A stretch of 32,650 bases of DNA, from the NCBI GenBank assembly GCA_964473235.1, contig CAYYOQ010000002.1, positions 1-32,650 of the forward strand, given 5' to 3'. The stretch comes from an uncultured Thermodesulfobacteriota bacterium. GTDB taxonomy: Bacteria; Desulfobacterota; WTBG01. Position 1 is the first letter of the stretch. Each line of letters begins with the position of its first letter. Under the pieces are notes generated by a model. The model was not told the origin of the DNA and searched no databases. It saw only the letters and a program-made list of their open reading frames with translations. Both the position numbers and the translations under genes were made by a program. Below are positions 15,535 through 25,913 of the stretch, piece after piece.

Positions 15535-18500
15535 ATGCCTCGACGCTCCGACATCCATAAGATCTTAATTATTGGCTCCGGACCTATTATTATCAGTCAA
15601 GCTTGCGAGTTCGACTACTCAGGAACCCAGGCCTGTAAGGCCTTGAAGGAAGACGGCTTTGAAGTAATCCTGATCAACAGTAACCCTGCCACCATCATGA
15701 CCGATCCGGAGATGGCAGACCGAACCTATATTGAGCCTATCACTGCTGAGATAGTGGAAAAGGTAATTAAAAAAGAGCGCCCTGATGTCTTACTCCCTAC
15801 GTTGGGTGGTCAAACTGCCTTAAACGTTGCGTCCCAGGTTGCAGAGAAAGGTGTGTTGGAGCGCTATGGTGTTCAGATGATTGGGGCAAATTATGAAGCG
15901 ATTAGAAAGGCAGAAGACAGGGAGCTCTTTAAAGAAGCCATGAAACGTATCGGCCAAGATTTACCCCGAAGTGGGTTAGCCCACGATAAGGAACAGGCCC
16001 GCAGGATAGCGAGAGACATTGACTTCCCCTTAATCATCCGGCCTAGCTTTACTTTGGGTGGAACGGGGGGAGGGATTGTCTTCAACCTTGAAGAGTTTGA
16101 AGAGCTTGCTTCTCGAGGTCTTGAAAGCAGTATGATCCATGAGATACTCATTGAAGAGTCAGTACTAGGGTGGAAAGAATATGAACTTGAGGTGATGCGA
16201 GATTTAAGGGACAATGTAGTGATCATCTGTTCCATAGAGAATCTTGATCCCATGGGGATTCACACCGGGGACAGTATCACCGTCGCACCTGCCCAGACAC
16301 TCACCGATAAGGAGTATCAGGAAATGAGGTGCGCAGCGATCGCGATCATACGAGAAATTGGGGTTGCCACAGGTGGCGCTAACATCCAGTTTGCGGTAAA
16401 CCCTCACCATGGACGCAGGGTAGTGATAGAAATGAACCCCAGGGTTTCCAGAAGCTCTGCACTCGCTTCTAAAGCTACCGGTTTTCCTATTGCAAAAATT
16501 GCCGCAAAACTGGCAGTTGGTTACACCTTAGACGAGATCCAAAATGATATTACCAGAAAGACACCTGCCTCCTTTGAACCCACCATTGACTACTGTGTGG
16601 TCAAGATACCCCGTTTCACCTTTGAGAAGTTTCCCAAGGCAGACCCCACGCTTGGCATCTCCATGAAATCGGTGGGAGAGACCATGGCGATTGGCCGCAC
16701 CTTTAAAGAGGCACTCCAAAAGGGCTTACGGTCTCTTGAGACCGGGAGATACGGGTTAGGTTCAGATGGAAAAGATGGTCTCCTCGATACCAGAAACAGG
16801 TGGGGAAAAGAAGGTGTGCCGGATGATGAATTAAAATTAAAAATTAAAGAAAATTTGGTAATACCACGGGCAGAGAGGCTTTTCTATATTAAATACGCAT
16901 TGCAGAGAGGGATGAGTGTTGATGAAGTACATCAGCTCACCCACATTGATCCCTGGTTTCTCTATAACATCAAAGAAATTATTGAGGTGGAAAAGGAAAT
17001 CACCTCGTGTCTGCAATCGAAAAAGTTTCATGATCTTAAAGCGAGAGGACCACTTGTTTCCTCCTCTCTGCCCGAACCCTTTCTCACTCGAGATCTACTG
17101 CGCAAGGCAAAACAGTATGGATTTTCAGATGTGCAACTAGCCTATCTCTCAGGTGTCGATGAAGGCGCTGTCCGAAAACTACGCGAGGACCTCAATATCA
17201 AAGCGGTATTCAAATCAGTGGATACCTGTGCTGCAGAATTTGAAGCCTATACCCCCTACCACTACTCAACCTATGAAGAGGAAGGTGAAAGCCAGAGAAC
17301 AGCGCACAAGAAGATTATGATCTTAGGGGGAGGGCCTAATCGCATCGGCCAGGGTATTGAGTTTGACTACTGTTGTGTCCATGCCTCTTTTGCATTGAAG
17401 GAACTTGGCTATGAAACGATTATGGTCAATAGCAACCCTGAAACGGTAAGCACTGACTATGATATCTCAAGCAAGCTCTATTTCGAACCGTTAACCTTGG
17501 AAGATGTGCTCGCCATCGCGGAGGCAGAAAAACCGGATGGGGTAATCGTGCAGTTGGGAGGTCAGACCCCCCTCAACCTTGCAGTTCCTCTAGAGAAGGC
17601 AGGAGTACCTATCATTGGAACTTCGCCTGACAATATAGATCGGGCAGAAGATAGAAAAAGGTTTAAAGAGTTACTCAAGAAGCTTCACCTCAACCAACCA
17701 CCTAATGAGGTTGCTACTACCCTTGAAGAAGCGATTGAGAAAGCCCACGCCATCGGATTTCCCGTCATCGTCAGACCCTCCTATGTGCTGGGAGGAAGGG
17801 CTATGCGGATTGTATATAATCAAGAGTCCTTACAAGATTTTTTCTCCCATGCCATTCAGGCTTCCCCTCAACATCCCATTCTAATAGATAAGTTTCTCGA
17901 AGACGCCATCGAGATTGACGTCGATGCATTAGCAGATGGGGACGAGTGTGCTATTGCAGGGATCATGGAGCACATTGAGGAAGCAGGCATACACTCTGGT
18001 GATAGTGCCTGCGTTATTCCACCCTATACCTTAGGGGATGAAATTATTGACGCCATTAAAGCGAGCACCACCCTCCTCGCCCAGGAACTACAGGTCGTAG
18101 GGTTAATGAACATCCAATATGCCATTAAGAGTGAGCTGCTCTACGTACTAGAGGTAAACCCCAGGGCTTCACGCACCATACCTTTTGTGAGTAAAGCAAC
18201 TGGTATCCCTTGGGCAAAAGTAGCAGCGAAGTTGATGGCAGGTAAAAAATTAAAAGAGCTAGGGATTACTGGCGAGGTAGTGGTGAACCACGTAGCGGTT
18301 AAGGAATCGGTATTCCCCTTTAAGCGCTTCCCCGGCGTTGACCCGGTGTTGGGACCCGAGATGAAATCAACGGGAGAAGTCATGGGTATCGACGATGACT
18401 TTGGCAAGGCATACGCTAAATCTCAGATCGCCGCAGGTCAAATGATTCCCAAGAAGGGTAATGTAATCATCAGCGTGAGGAATAAAGACAAGCGCGCAGT

Positions 18501-18909
18501 TATCTTCATTGCCAAAAAGCTTGCTGATCTAGGATTTAACCTCTTCGCGACCACAGGAACTGCAAAAGTTCTCGCCACCAATGGACTTCAGGTAACGCGC
18601 GTATTAAAGATTGGAGAAGGTCGACCGAATATCGCTGATCTGATTAAAAATGGTGAGATTGACCTCATTATCAATACCCCCTCAGGTAGGGAAGCCCACT
18701 CCGACCAATTGAACTTAAGAAGTCTCGCGGTACTCTATAATGTTCCCTATATCACCACCATCTCCGGTGCATCCGCTGCCGTCAATGGCATTGAGTTTCT
18801 CCAGAGGGGAGAAATTGAGGTGAAAGCACTTCAAGACTATCACCCCTGGTATAAAAAACAGAACACCCATGAACAGGTGAGTTCCCACCTCCTGACAGAC
18901 GAGAGCTAA
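15535..18909 (+). CDS. carB: Carbamoyl-phosphate synthase large subunit
   Basis: 1124 aa with duplicated ATP-grasp halves ([17 protein letters not shown] / [15 protein letters not shown]) and a C-terminal MGS-like domain. Confidence 0.98.
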   Translation: MPRRSDIHKILIIGSGPIIISQACEFDYSGTQACKALKEDGFEVILINSNPATIMTDPEMADRTYIEPITAEIVEKVIKKERPDVLLPTLGGQTALNVASQVAEKGVLERYGVQMIGANYEAIRKAEDRELFKEAMKRIGQDLPRSGLAHDKEQARRIARDIDFPLIIRPSFTLGGTGGGIVFNLEEFEELASRGLESSMIHEILIEESVLGWKEYELEVMRDLRDNVVIICSIENLDPMGIHTGDSITVAPAQTLTDKEYQEMRCAAIAIIREIGVATGGANIQFAVNPHHGRRVVIEMNPRVSRSSALASKATGFPIAKIAAKLAVGYTLDEIQNDITRKTPASFEPTIDYCVVKIPRFTFEKFPKADPTLGISMKSVGETMAIGRTFKEALQKGLRSLETGRYGLGSDGKDGLLDTRNRWGKEGVPDDELKLKIKENLVIPRAERLFYIKYALQRGMSVDEVHQLTHIDPWFLYNIKEIIEVEKEITSCLQSKKFHDLKARGPLVSSSLPEPFLTRDLLRKAKQYGFSDVQLAYLSGVDEGAVRKLREDLNIKAVFKSVDTCAAEFEAYTPYHYSTYEEEGESQRTAHKKIMILGGGPNRIGQGIEFDYCCVHASFALKELGYETIMVNSNPETVSTDYDISSKLYFEPLTLEDVLAIAEAEKPDGVIVQLGGQTPLNLAVPLEKAGVPIIGTSPDNIDRAEDRKRFKELLKKLHLNQPPNEVATTLEEAIEKAHAIGFPVIVRPSYVLGGRAMRIVYNQESLQDFFSHAIQASPQHPILIDKFLEDAIEIDVDALADGDECAIAGIMEHIEEAGIHSGDSACVIPPYTLGDEIIDAIKASTTLLAQELQVVGLMNIQYAIKSELLYVLEVNPRASRTIPFVSKATGIPWAKVAAKLMAGKKLKELGITGEVVVNHVAVKESVFPFKRFPGVDPVLGPEMKSTGEVMGIDDDFGKAYAKSQIAAGQMIPKKGNVIISVRNKDKRAVIFIAKKLADLGFNLFATTGTAKVLATNGLQVTRVLKIGEGRPNIADLIKNGEIDLIINTPSGREAHSDQLNLRSLAVLYNVPYITTISGASAAVNGIEFLQRGEIEVKALQDYHPWYKKQNTHEQVSSHLLTDES

Positions 18910-19019
18910 AAAAGGTAGAGGTGACCTACTATAGCAACTCCTTAGGTTAAGATCGGGAGTGCTTCAACAACCAATAACCATAGTTACAAACGATACACTT
19001 CCATAAAGAGAACTATTCC

Positions 19020-20399
19020 GTGAATGCGCTGCATCCATCTCGCAGTAATAGTAGACTCAAAGAAGCCTGTGGGGTATTTGGGATTTTTAGACATGAAGAC
19101 GTTGCCAGCCTCACCTATCTAGGCCTCTACGCGTTACAACATCGCGGTCAGGAGAGTGCTGGCATCGTAGTGTCTGATGGAAAACAGTTAGTGGGACATC
19201 GCGGGATGGGACTAGTATCTGAGGTGTTCAATGAAGACAATTTGAAACAGTTAAAGGGCACGAGCGCCATTGGCCATGTGCGATATTCAACCACCGGGGG
19301 GTCCTCTTTAAAAAATGCACAGCCATTTCAGGTAGACTATGCTCGTGGCTCACTCGCTATCGCCCACAATGGGAATCTGGTCAATACCAAAGAATTACGC
19401 TGCCGATTAGAGAAGTCAGGATCCATTTTCCAATCCACCATGGACAGCGAGATTATTGTACACCTTCTGGCCAAATCACAGAGTGCATCCTTCTTAGACG
19501 CCCTGGTTGAATCTCTGCTTCAACTGAAAGGGGCGTATTCCCTGCTTCTGCTTACCCCAGACTACCTCATCGGCGTGAGAGATCCTCATGGATTTAGACC
19601 TCTCTGTATAGGGAGGCTCGACGGCGCCTATGTGCTCTGCTCCGAAACCTGTGCCTTGGACCTCATTCAGGCTGACTACCTCAGAGAAGTTGAGCCAGGT
19701 GAAATTATCATCATAGATACCAAGGGGATACACTCAGTGAAACCATTTCCCCCCACCAAGCCTTCGCTGTGCATCTTTGAATTTATCTATTTTGCCCGTC
19801 CTGATAGCCGGGTGTTTGGTGAAAGTGTCTATCTCGTCCGCAAACGACTGGGCAAGGAACTTGCCTTAGAAACACCACTGGATTGTGATCTGGTGATTCC
19901 CATGCCCGACTCTGGTAATTGTGCAGCCCTTGGTTTTGCTCAGGCCTCCGGGATCCCCTTTGAAATGGGCATTATCAGGAATCACTACGTAGGACGTACC
20001 TTCATTCAGCCCGCTCAATCAAGCCGTGATCTGGGTGTTAAGGTCAAGCTCAATCCCGTGCGCGAAATCATTCACCATCAACGGATTGTGGTGATTGAGG
20101 ATTCCATCGTGCGTGGCACCACGAGTAAAATCAGGATGAAAAGCTTAAGAGACGCAGGTGCTAAAGAGGTTCATATGAAAGTGAGTTGCCCTCCCCATCG
20201 ATTTCCTTGCTACTATGGTATCGACTTTCCCACCCGGGAGGAATTGATTGCTTCTTCCCACAGCCTAGAGGAAATTGGTAAATTTATCGGAGTGGATACC
20301 TTAGACTACTTAAGCCTTGAGGGAATGATTAAAGCGATGCCTTTCCCTCACGATAGGTTTTGTTTATCCTGTTTTGATGGACGCTACCCTGTCACATAA
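19020..20399 (+). CDS. purF: Amidophosphoribosyltransferase ([4Fe-4S]-type with propeptide)
   Basis: GTG start. The CGVFGI nucleophile Cys is at residue 17, giving a 16 aa propeptide. Also present: the PRPP loop VVIEDSIVRGTT and C-terminal cysteines CPPHRFPCYYGID and CLSCFDG. Confidence 0.96.
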   Translation: MNALHPSRSNSRLKEACGVFGIFRHEDVASLTYLGLYALQHRGQESAGIVVSDGKQLVGHRGMGLVSEVFNEDNLKQLKGTSAIGHVRYSTTGGSSLKNAQPFQVDYARGSLAIAHNGNLVNTKELRCRLEKSGSIFQSTMDSEIIVHLLAKSQSASFLDALVESLLQLKGAYSLLLLTPDYLIGVRDPHGFRPLCIGRLDGAYVLCSETCALDLIQADYLREVEPGEIIIIDTKGIHSVKPFPPTKPSLCIFEFIYFARPDSRVFGESVYLVRKRLGKELALETPLDCDLVIPMPDSGNCAALGFAQASGIPFEMGIIRNHYVGRTFIQPAQSSRDLGVKVKLNPVREIIHHQRIVVIEDSIVRGTTSKIRMKSLRDAGAKEVHMKVSCPPHRFPCYYGIDFPTREELIASSHSLEEIGKFIGVDTLDYLSLEGMIKAMPFPHDRFCLSCFDGRYPVT

Positions 20400-20418
20400 C
20401 ACCTCTAAGGAGTGCGCC

Positions 20419-20916
20419 ATGACCAGAGGAGATTTAGTAGGCATCATCGCTGACACCCATGACAACAGGAGAGCTATCGCCAAAGCGGTAGAGCTATTTT
20501 CTCAGCGCGGAGTAGGAATGGTGTTCCACGCAGGTGATTTAATCTCTCCCTTCACTGCCGATGACTTCTCGAGGCTCAAATGTGAAATGACGGTAGTCTT
20601 CGGCAACAACGATGGTGAAAAGGTAGGCCTACACCACATCTATAGCAAGCGGGGTACCATTGGCAAAGGACCTAAGAAAATTGAGTATCACGGAAAACGC
20701 TTTGTACTCATGCATGAACCTACCTGCATAGAAGAACTGAGTACGAGCAAGCAGGCTGATGTAATTATTTACGGGCATACCCATGAAATCGATATCCGTA
20801 AAGGTGAAACCTTAATCATCAATCCAGGTGAGGCAGGAGGGTGGCTGACCGGGAGATCAACCATCGCCTTCCTCGACCTGACCACTATGAACGTGGAAAC
20901 AGAAGAGCTAAGATAA
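20419..20916 (+). CDS. MJ0936/YfcE-family metallophosphoesterase
   Basis: Motifs: IADTHDN, HAGDL, GNNDG, GHTH. The ATG at 20419 has AAGGAG 6 nt upstream. The ORF track starts earlier, at 20374, overlapping purF. Confidence 0.85.
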   Translation: MTRGDLVGIIADTHDNRRAIAKAVELFSQRGVGMVFHAGDLISPFTADDFSRLKCEMTVVFGNNDGEKVGLHHIYSKRGTIGKGPKKIEYHGKRFVLMHEPTCIEELSTSKQADVIIYGHTHEIDIRKGETLIINPGEAGGWLTGRSTIAFLDLTTMNVETEELR

Positions 20917-21073
20917 CCCACTCGAGAAGGTCTAAAACACCTAAGCTGGGTTAAGATAAAAAGATAACCCCCGAAATGGTAGGTCATCTTCACCTCCCCA
21001 GACCGATATTTGTTTCCTCACCACCATTAACTATTTTAACTCTTTTAAAATTAGGCTTTCCCCCTTTTTATTC

Positions 21074-21102
21074 TTGACATCCTTTATAATATTCTTTATG
21101 TT
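21074..21102 (+). promoter_or_regulatory. Candidate sigma70-type promoter for the ABC-2/rSAM operon
   Basis: TTGACA (21074-21079), 17 nt spacer, TATGTT (21097-21102). This predicts a ~150 nt AT-rich leader. Confidence 0.4.
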
Positions 21103-21257
21103 TTAATGATTTATTGCCGATACTTGCATGACAAGCCATACTATCTTTTCAGTAAAATATAAAAAATAGTTTATTAAGAACTACTGCTGCCTCTTTTCTG
21201 AAATAGAAATTTCATGTTTTTAATATAAAATCAATTTTTTAAGCACCCTATCAGTTT

Positions 21258-22112
21258 ATGCCCAATTTTATTGAGGTTAAAAACCTGAAAAAATCATTTG
21301 GCCACCTCTGGGCCCTCAATGGGGTTAACCTCGAAATTTCCCAGGGAGAGATTTTTGGCATTCTGGGACCGAATGGGGCGGGTAAAACAACTTTAGTAAG
21401 AGTTCTTAGCACCTTGCTCAAACCCACCTCTGGGGAAGTTACGGTTGCCGGGTTAACATTGCCCAGCGAAGACTATCAACTTAAAAAACTGATTGGTTAT
21501 ATGCCCCAAAGGTCATCCCTCTACGAAGATCTCTCCGCAAAGAAAAATTTGGAATTCTTCTTGAGCCTTCACTCCCACAATGGGTTTAAGGGTAGTGTTC
21601 ACCATAAAATTGAAGAGATTCTTGAATTTGTGGAACTTAAAGATCGTCAAAATGATCTCCTCGCAACCTTTTCGAGCGGGATGAAGCAGCGACTATCCTT
21701 GGCCTGTGCCCTCGTCCACCAACCAAAAATCGTTTTCTTGGATGAACCTACCTCAGGTGTTGATCCTAAACTTAAGCGGGTCTTCTGGGACTATTTTAGA
21801 AAATTAAAAGAAGAGAGAACCACCATTATCATTACTACCCATCAGTTAACTGATGCCGAAAACTGTGATCGACTCGCCTTAATGAAGCATGGTAAAGTTT
21901 TTCTGGTAGATACCCCTGGCCACCTGAAAGATTCTGGAATCTCAAAGATCCGCATCACCCTGCGTGATGGGGTAAGAGAGTTTGAGGTGATCAACTTTTC
22001 CGAGGAATTTCCAAAATACCTGCGAGAGTTCAATGGAGATATACTAAGGGTGGACATCTCTTCGGAAACGCTGGAAGATATTTTCCTTAAATTAACTCAC
22101 AATAAAGATTGA
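21258..22112 (+). CDS. ABC transporter ATP-binding protein (ABC-2 exporter type)
   Basis: Walker A GPNGAGKTT, signature SSGMKQRL, Walker B IVFLDEPTSGVD, H-loop TTHQ. No SD is visible upstream. Confidence 0.93.
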   Translation: MPNFIEVKNLKKSFGHLWALNGVNLEISQGEIFGILGPNGAGKTTLVRVLSTLLKPTSGEVTVAGLTLPSEDYQLKKLIGYMPQRSSLYEDLSAKKNLEFFLSLHSHNGFKGSVHHKIEEILEFVELKDRQNDLLATFSSGMKQRLSLACALVHQPKIVFLDEPTSGVDPKLKRVFWDYFRKLKEERTTIIITTHQLTDAENCDRLALMKHGKVFLVDTPGHLKDSGISKIRITLRDGVREFEVINFSEEFPKYLREFNGDILRVDISSETLEDIFLKLTHNKD

Positions 22113-22113
22113 A

Positions 22114-22869
22114 ATGATAAAGAAGATATACTATATTGCTTTGCGTAATCTATGGCAGGCACGCAAAGACTATGGATTGATACTAGAATCCATCTTTTTC
22201 CCTGTGGGGACGCTCGTCATTGTGAAGTGTTCTTTTTCCCACATGCAGGAAAGCTCCTATGTCTTAGAAACCAAAGAGATGATCTTGGGTTTAATTGCGC
22301 TCCAAATCTATTTTCAAACCTATCTCACAGGAGCACTGGTACTGGTGAGGGAACGGGTACGGGGAACGCTGGAAAGAATGTTTACCTACCCAGTGCGGAA
22401 GATTGAAATCCTAGGAGGATATTTAGTGGGTTTTTCATTGCTGGGGATCATTCAGGCACTCTACGTGCTTATCTTTTCTTACTTTCTATTTGATGAAATC
22501 ACTATCGTTTTTAACTCGCACCTTTTGCTTCTCATTCCCATTGTCATTTTACTCGTATTTACCTCCATCGGTGTGAGTGCGCTCATCTCAAGCGTTGCCA
22601 CCTCAGAAGCACAGGCACTCCAATTTATCCCCCTCGTAGTGATCCCCGCCCTCCTGCTCTCAGGAATCTTTTATCCTATCGAACTTCTTTCCCCCTGGCT
22701 GCAAAAGTGCTCGTACCTTATTCCTCTCACCTATGCTATCACCTCTATGAAAGAGCTGATTTTTGAACAGGGGGATCTTTACGATATCATACCAAGTCTT
22801 GTGGGAATGGCACTGTTAGGAACCACTATGTTTATTGCAGGGAGTTTTACCTTGAGGAAAACCAGTTGA
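22114..22869 (+). CDS. ABC-2 type transporter permease
   Basis: 251 aa with ~6 hydrophobic segments. It starts 1 nt after the ATPase stop. Confidence 0.85.
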   Translation: MIKKIYYIALRNLWQARKDYGLILESIFFPVGTLVIVKCSFSHMQESSYVLETKEMILGLIALQIYFQTYLTGALVLVRERVRGTLERMFTYPVRKIEILGGYLVGFSLLGIIQALYVLIFSYFLFDEITIVFNSHLLLLIPIVILLVFTSIGVSALISSVATSEAQALQFIPLVVIPALLLSGIFYPIELLSPWLQKCSYLIPLTYAITSMKELIFEQGDLYDIIPSLVGMALLGTTMFIAGSFTLRKTS

Positions 22870-22891
22870 TACATTCAGGAAGGAGCCAGAT

Positions 22892-24352
22892 ATGAAGGTT
22901 TTCTTTGTCGAGCCCCCCCACAAAATATGGGAGTTTTTTAGAGGTCATACCCCCGCACCAGGAATGACCTATGTTGCCACCTATGTGCAGAATGATTTTG
23001 ATATACGCTACATCGATGCGACCAGTGGTTTAGAACGTCCCTGGGCAGACCTAGAGAAGATAATTCGTGAAGGAAAACCTGACGTAGTGGGGTTAACCAG
23101 TGTCGCGACCTGTTTCTGTTACGATGCACTCAATGCCGCTCACCTGATAAAGCTGATTAATCCTTCCACTATAGTGATCTCAGGGGGATCCATGATGTCT
23201 TTCACCGCCGAGCAGAATCTTCGATCAGGGTATATTGACTTTGTCATCATGGGCGAGGGTGAATTGACCGTTATGGAATTGCTCAAGGCAATTGAAAAGA
23301 GTAAACGAGGAGAAAAGGTTGACTACTCTTCCATCAAAGGTATTGCCTATCTCTCCGATGGAAAGGTCGTATATACCGAACCCCGTCCCTTCATAGAGGA
23401 CTTAGATAGTATCCCCATGCCCAACTATGACCTCCTCCCCATGGATAAATTTTCCCTTCCAGTTATTGGTCAAAATGCCTTTGTCATCAGCACCTCACGT
23501 GGGTGCGGAGGAAATTGTAGCTTCTGCTCTGAGGCCAAATTCTGGAAAAATAAGTGGAGAGGTAACAGCGCCAAGTACATCGTCGACCATATGGAACTTG
23601 TCTCCAAAAAATACGGGAAAACCACCATTATGTTTGGCGATAACGATTTTCTCTGGGACCCACAAAGGAATGTTGAGTTCTGTGAAGAGCTCGAGCGGCG
23701 GAAGCTCAAAGATGTCCATTTCTGGATTCAGGCTAATCCCAATAAGGTGGTTGAGAACAAAACGCTCCTTCCCTGGCTAAAAAAACTGGGTCTTTTTCAG
23801 GTGATGATGGGAACAGAATCGATGAGTAAGGAAAAGCTGAAGCACTTACGAAAGGCAGCTGGGATAAAAACCCAGATCGAGGCGATGAAGAGCATCAAGG
23901 ACAGTGATGTGATACTGATGACCATGATGATGTGGGGAGATTGGGATGATGATAGAAGCTCATTAATTGATACCTGGAAGTTTTATAATAAATATGCTGA
24001 TACCTACCCCTTAACTGCCATGACCCCTTTCCCCGGCACGGACTACTACAGGGAAGCCGAAAAAAAAGGAATCATTGCCGATAGAGACTTTTCAAACTTC
24101 ACTATGGTCAATATAGTTATGCCCACTAAACACTTAAGTTATGAAGAGGCAAAAAAAGCTTATACATGGGGATTAGCAAGATACTTTATCCATTGGAAGG
24201 TGCTATGGTCTGCATTCTTTTCCGCAAACCCCTTTCTGCGCTATCAGCAAAAGACCTATGTCAAATTAGGACTCTCTAATCTATTGGGCAGAAAGTGGAA
24301 ACAGAAAAACTATATGCCTTTTGAAGACTACATGGCTACAAGAGAAACATAG
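22892..24352 (+). CDS. B12-binding-domain radical SAM protein (class B rSAM)
   Basis: 486 aa with GAAGGAG SD upstream. The N-terminal Rossmann-like cobalamin-domain pattern is DVVGLTSV...ISGG...VIMGEGE. The CxxxCxxC motif is RGCGGNCSFCSE. Confidence 0.85.
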   Translation: MKVFFVEPPHKIWEFFRGHTPAPGMTYVATYVQNDFDIRYIDATSGLERPWADLEKIIREGKPDVVGLTSVATCFCYDALNAAHLIKLINPSTIVISGGSMMSFTAEQNLRSGYIDFVIMGEGELTVMELLKAIEKSKRGEKVDYSSIKGIAYLSDGKVVYTEPRPFIEDLDSIPMPNYDLLPMDKFSLPVIGQNAFVISTSRGCGGNCSFCSEAKFWKNKWRGNSAKYIVDHMELVSKKYGKTTIMFGDNDFLWDPQRNVEFCEELERRKLKDVHFWIQANPNKVVENKTLLPWLKKLGLFQVMMGTESMSKEKLKHLRKAAGIKTQIEAMKSIKDSDVILMTMMMWGDWDDDRSSLIDTWKFYNKYADTYPLTAMTPFPGTDYYREAEKKGIIADRDFSNFTMVNIVMPTKHLSYEEAKKAYTWGLARYFIHWKVLWSAFFSANPFLRYQQKTYVKLGLSNLLGRKWKQKNYMPFEDYMATRET

Positions 24353-24369
24353 AGATACCCCATCCATTA

Positions 24370-25215
24370 TTAATCCTCTCCTTGCTGTTTTTTACCCGAA
24401 CCTTTCGCTCCCTCAAACTCCTTGTACTCAGGGACTTGCACATCGGGAGTGAGACCCTGCTTATAGAAATAATCATCAGGTGATAGCTTAAGTGCCTTGA
24501 GAAGGCAGTTTTGTGCCTTCACCTCATCTCTCCCCTTAAAGGAATTCTGCACGTACGCCCTCGCCAGCCAATAGTACCCTTCGTGAAACTGAGGCTCAAG
24601 CTCTACAGATTTTTGCAGCAAGCGAATCGCTTCATCAACACTTCCTCCATGACGTACCGGTTTATACATGGCCTGGATTCCTTGAATGAGGTACACCCGC
24701 GGGTTAGTAGGATCTTTCGCTAAAGCCTTCTCAATATTCTCCTCCACGCGCTTCACATACCGTAGCAGCGTGGGGTAACCTACATGCCTGATCTTTTGGG
24801 CGTAGGCCATCGCCAAATAGAGGTACCCTTGAGAGAAATCACCATTTGCCCTCACCACCTCTTTAAACTGATCCCGCGCCTGGTTGACCAGGTACTCACT
24901 GGTTTCTAAAAGGGCTTTTCCTCCTTGTGATTTACTCTCATAGTAGAGAGCCGTTCTTAGGTAAATTTCCCCAAGGTAGAAATGGTAGAGATAATGAGAT
25001 GGGGAAGAGGAGGAACTGAGTAGGTTTTTTAAAACAGTCTCAAAACGATTGAGCTCAAAAAGGTCAACAGTGGTGAGAGCCTTATCCAGTTGCCCATGAT
25101 TAAATGCTGGGGGCATTTCCTGAGTGTACACCACTTTAAGAGAAAGTACACTAATGACGAAGGTTATCAGGCCACCTACTAAATAGCTTTTAAAGATTTT
25201 CTTCCGTGAGCGCAT
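24370..25215 (-). CDS. Membrane-anchored TPR-like repeat protein
   Basis: 281 aa with an N-terminal basic segment plus a hydrophobic anchor (KSYLVGGLITFVISVLSL). It has repeated ~34 aa helical units rich in Y/A/L (GYLYLAMAYAQ, GYYWLARAYVQ) and is convergent with the rSAM gene. Confidence 0.7.
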   Translation of the reverse strand: MRSRKKIFKSYLVGGLITFVISVLSLKVVYTQEMPPAFNHGQLDKALTTVDLFELNRFETVLKNLLSSSSSPSHYLYHFYLGEIYLRTALYYESKSQGGKALLETSEYLVNQARDQFKEVVRANGDFSQGYLYLAMAYAQKIRHVGYPTLLRYVKRVEENIEKALAKDPTNPRVYLIQGIQAMYKPVRHGGSVDEAIRLLQKSVELEPQFHEGYYWLARAYVQNSFKGRDEVKAQNCLLKALKLSPDDYFYKQGLTPDVQVPEYKEFEGAKGSGKKQQGED

Positions 25216-25298
25216 CTACTTTAATCACGTTTGATAATTAAAATCGTTTTGGATTACAACCCACAATAGATTTCCTTCCTTGTATCTTTATGAGCTAT

Positions 25299-25327
25299 CT
25301 TGTACAATCTCTAGCAACGGGTGTCAA
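25299..25327 (-). promoter_or_regulatory. Candidate sigma70-type promoter for the TPR gene
   Basis: The minus strand reads TTGACA (plus 25322-25327), 17 nt spacer, TACAAG (plus 25299-25304). Confidence 0.3.
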
Positions 25328-25373
25328 TTAAAATTAGCCCTCATCATGTAATCTATAAAAAATATCCCCTCTT

Positions 25374-25405
25374 AAAAAATAAAAAACCCATTTCTCTGAA
25401 ATGGG
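25374..25405 (-). terminator. Rho-independent terminator downstream of the Cys-rich ORF
   Basis: The minus strand reads CCCATTT-cagag-AAATGGG followed by TTTTTTATTTTTT, 38 nt after the stop codon at 25444. Confidence 0.8.
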
Positions 25406-25443
25406 ATAGAAACCTTATTAATAGTGAAAATAATGCTGTTGTA

Positions 25444-25734
25444 TTACATTAAGCCTTTGCTTTCTAAAAAACTAAAAAACTCATTGAGATTTTGCCTGCA
25501 CGGGGCAGCCTCTGAACACGGGCAGGATAACCTCTCTTTCGTCTCTAACCAGATACAATCATCACAGCTTTCAGGAATACAGGAACCAACAAGCCCTTGA
25601 AGTTCTGTTATACTCAACCCTCTTCTTTGTTCAGATCCCATAACTAACGCCTCGGCACTATGAGCGCTACAATAATTTTTGCTATCATTTATATTTCTTC
25701 TTTGCAATACAGAAGCCAAACCAGGCATAATCAT
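25444..25734 (-). CDS. Hypothetical cysteine-rich small protein (7 Cys, 6 of them in the C-terminal half)
   Basis: 96 aa ORF with its own terminator. The Cys pattern is C22, C52-x4-C57-x2-C60, C71-x-C73-x5-C79. I recognise no family, and the SD is weak. Confidence 0.55.
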   Translation of the reverse strand: MIMPGLASVLQRRNINDSKNYCSAHSAEALVMGSEQRRGLSITELQGLVGSCIPESCDDCIWLETKERLSCPCSEAAPCRQNLNEFFSFLESKGLM

Positions 25735-25913
25735 TCTTAATCATTATCTATCTAAATTTTATGCATTTTTCACCTTACTCCCGCACTGCTTAAACTACCG
25801 CTCGTTCCAAACAGTGAAATAACATCCTTAGAATCAAAAAGTTATAATAAATAATCTATTATTGTTAACTAATTATACAATGTGCACGAAAGCACAAAAT
25901 TGGTTCAGTAGCG

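Noticed and set aside
20976-21077. 33 aa ORF (MVGHLHLPRPIFVSSPPLTILTLLKLGFPPFYS) upstream of the ABC-2/rSAM operon, considered as a possible RiPP precursor.
   Set aside because: It has no SD and lies upstream of, and overlapping, the predicted promoter -35. It has no Cys/Ser/Thr-rich core or leader-like features.
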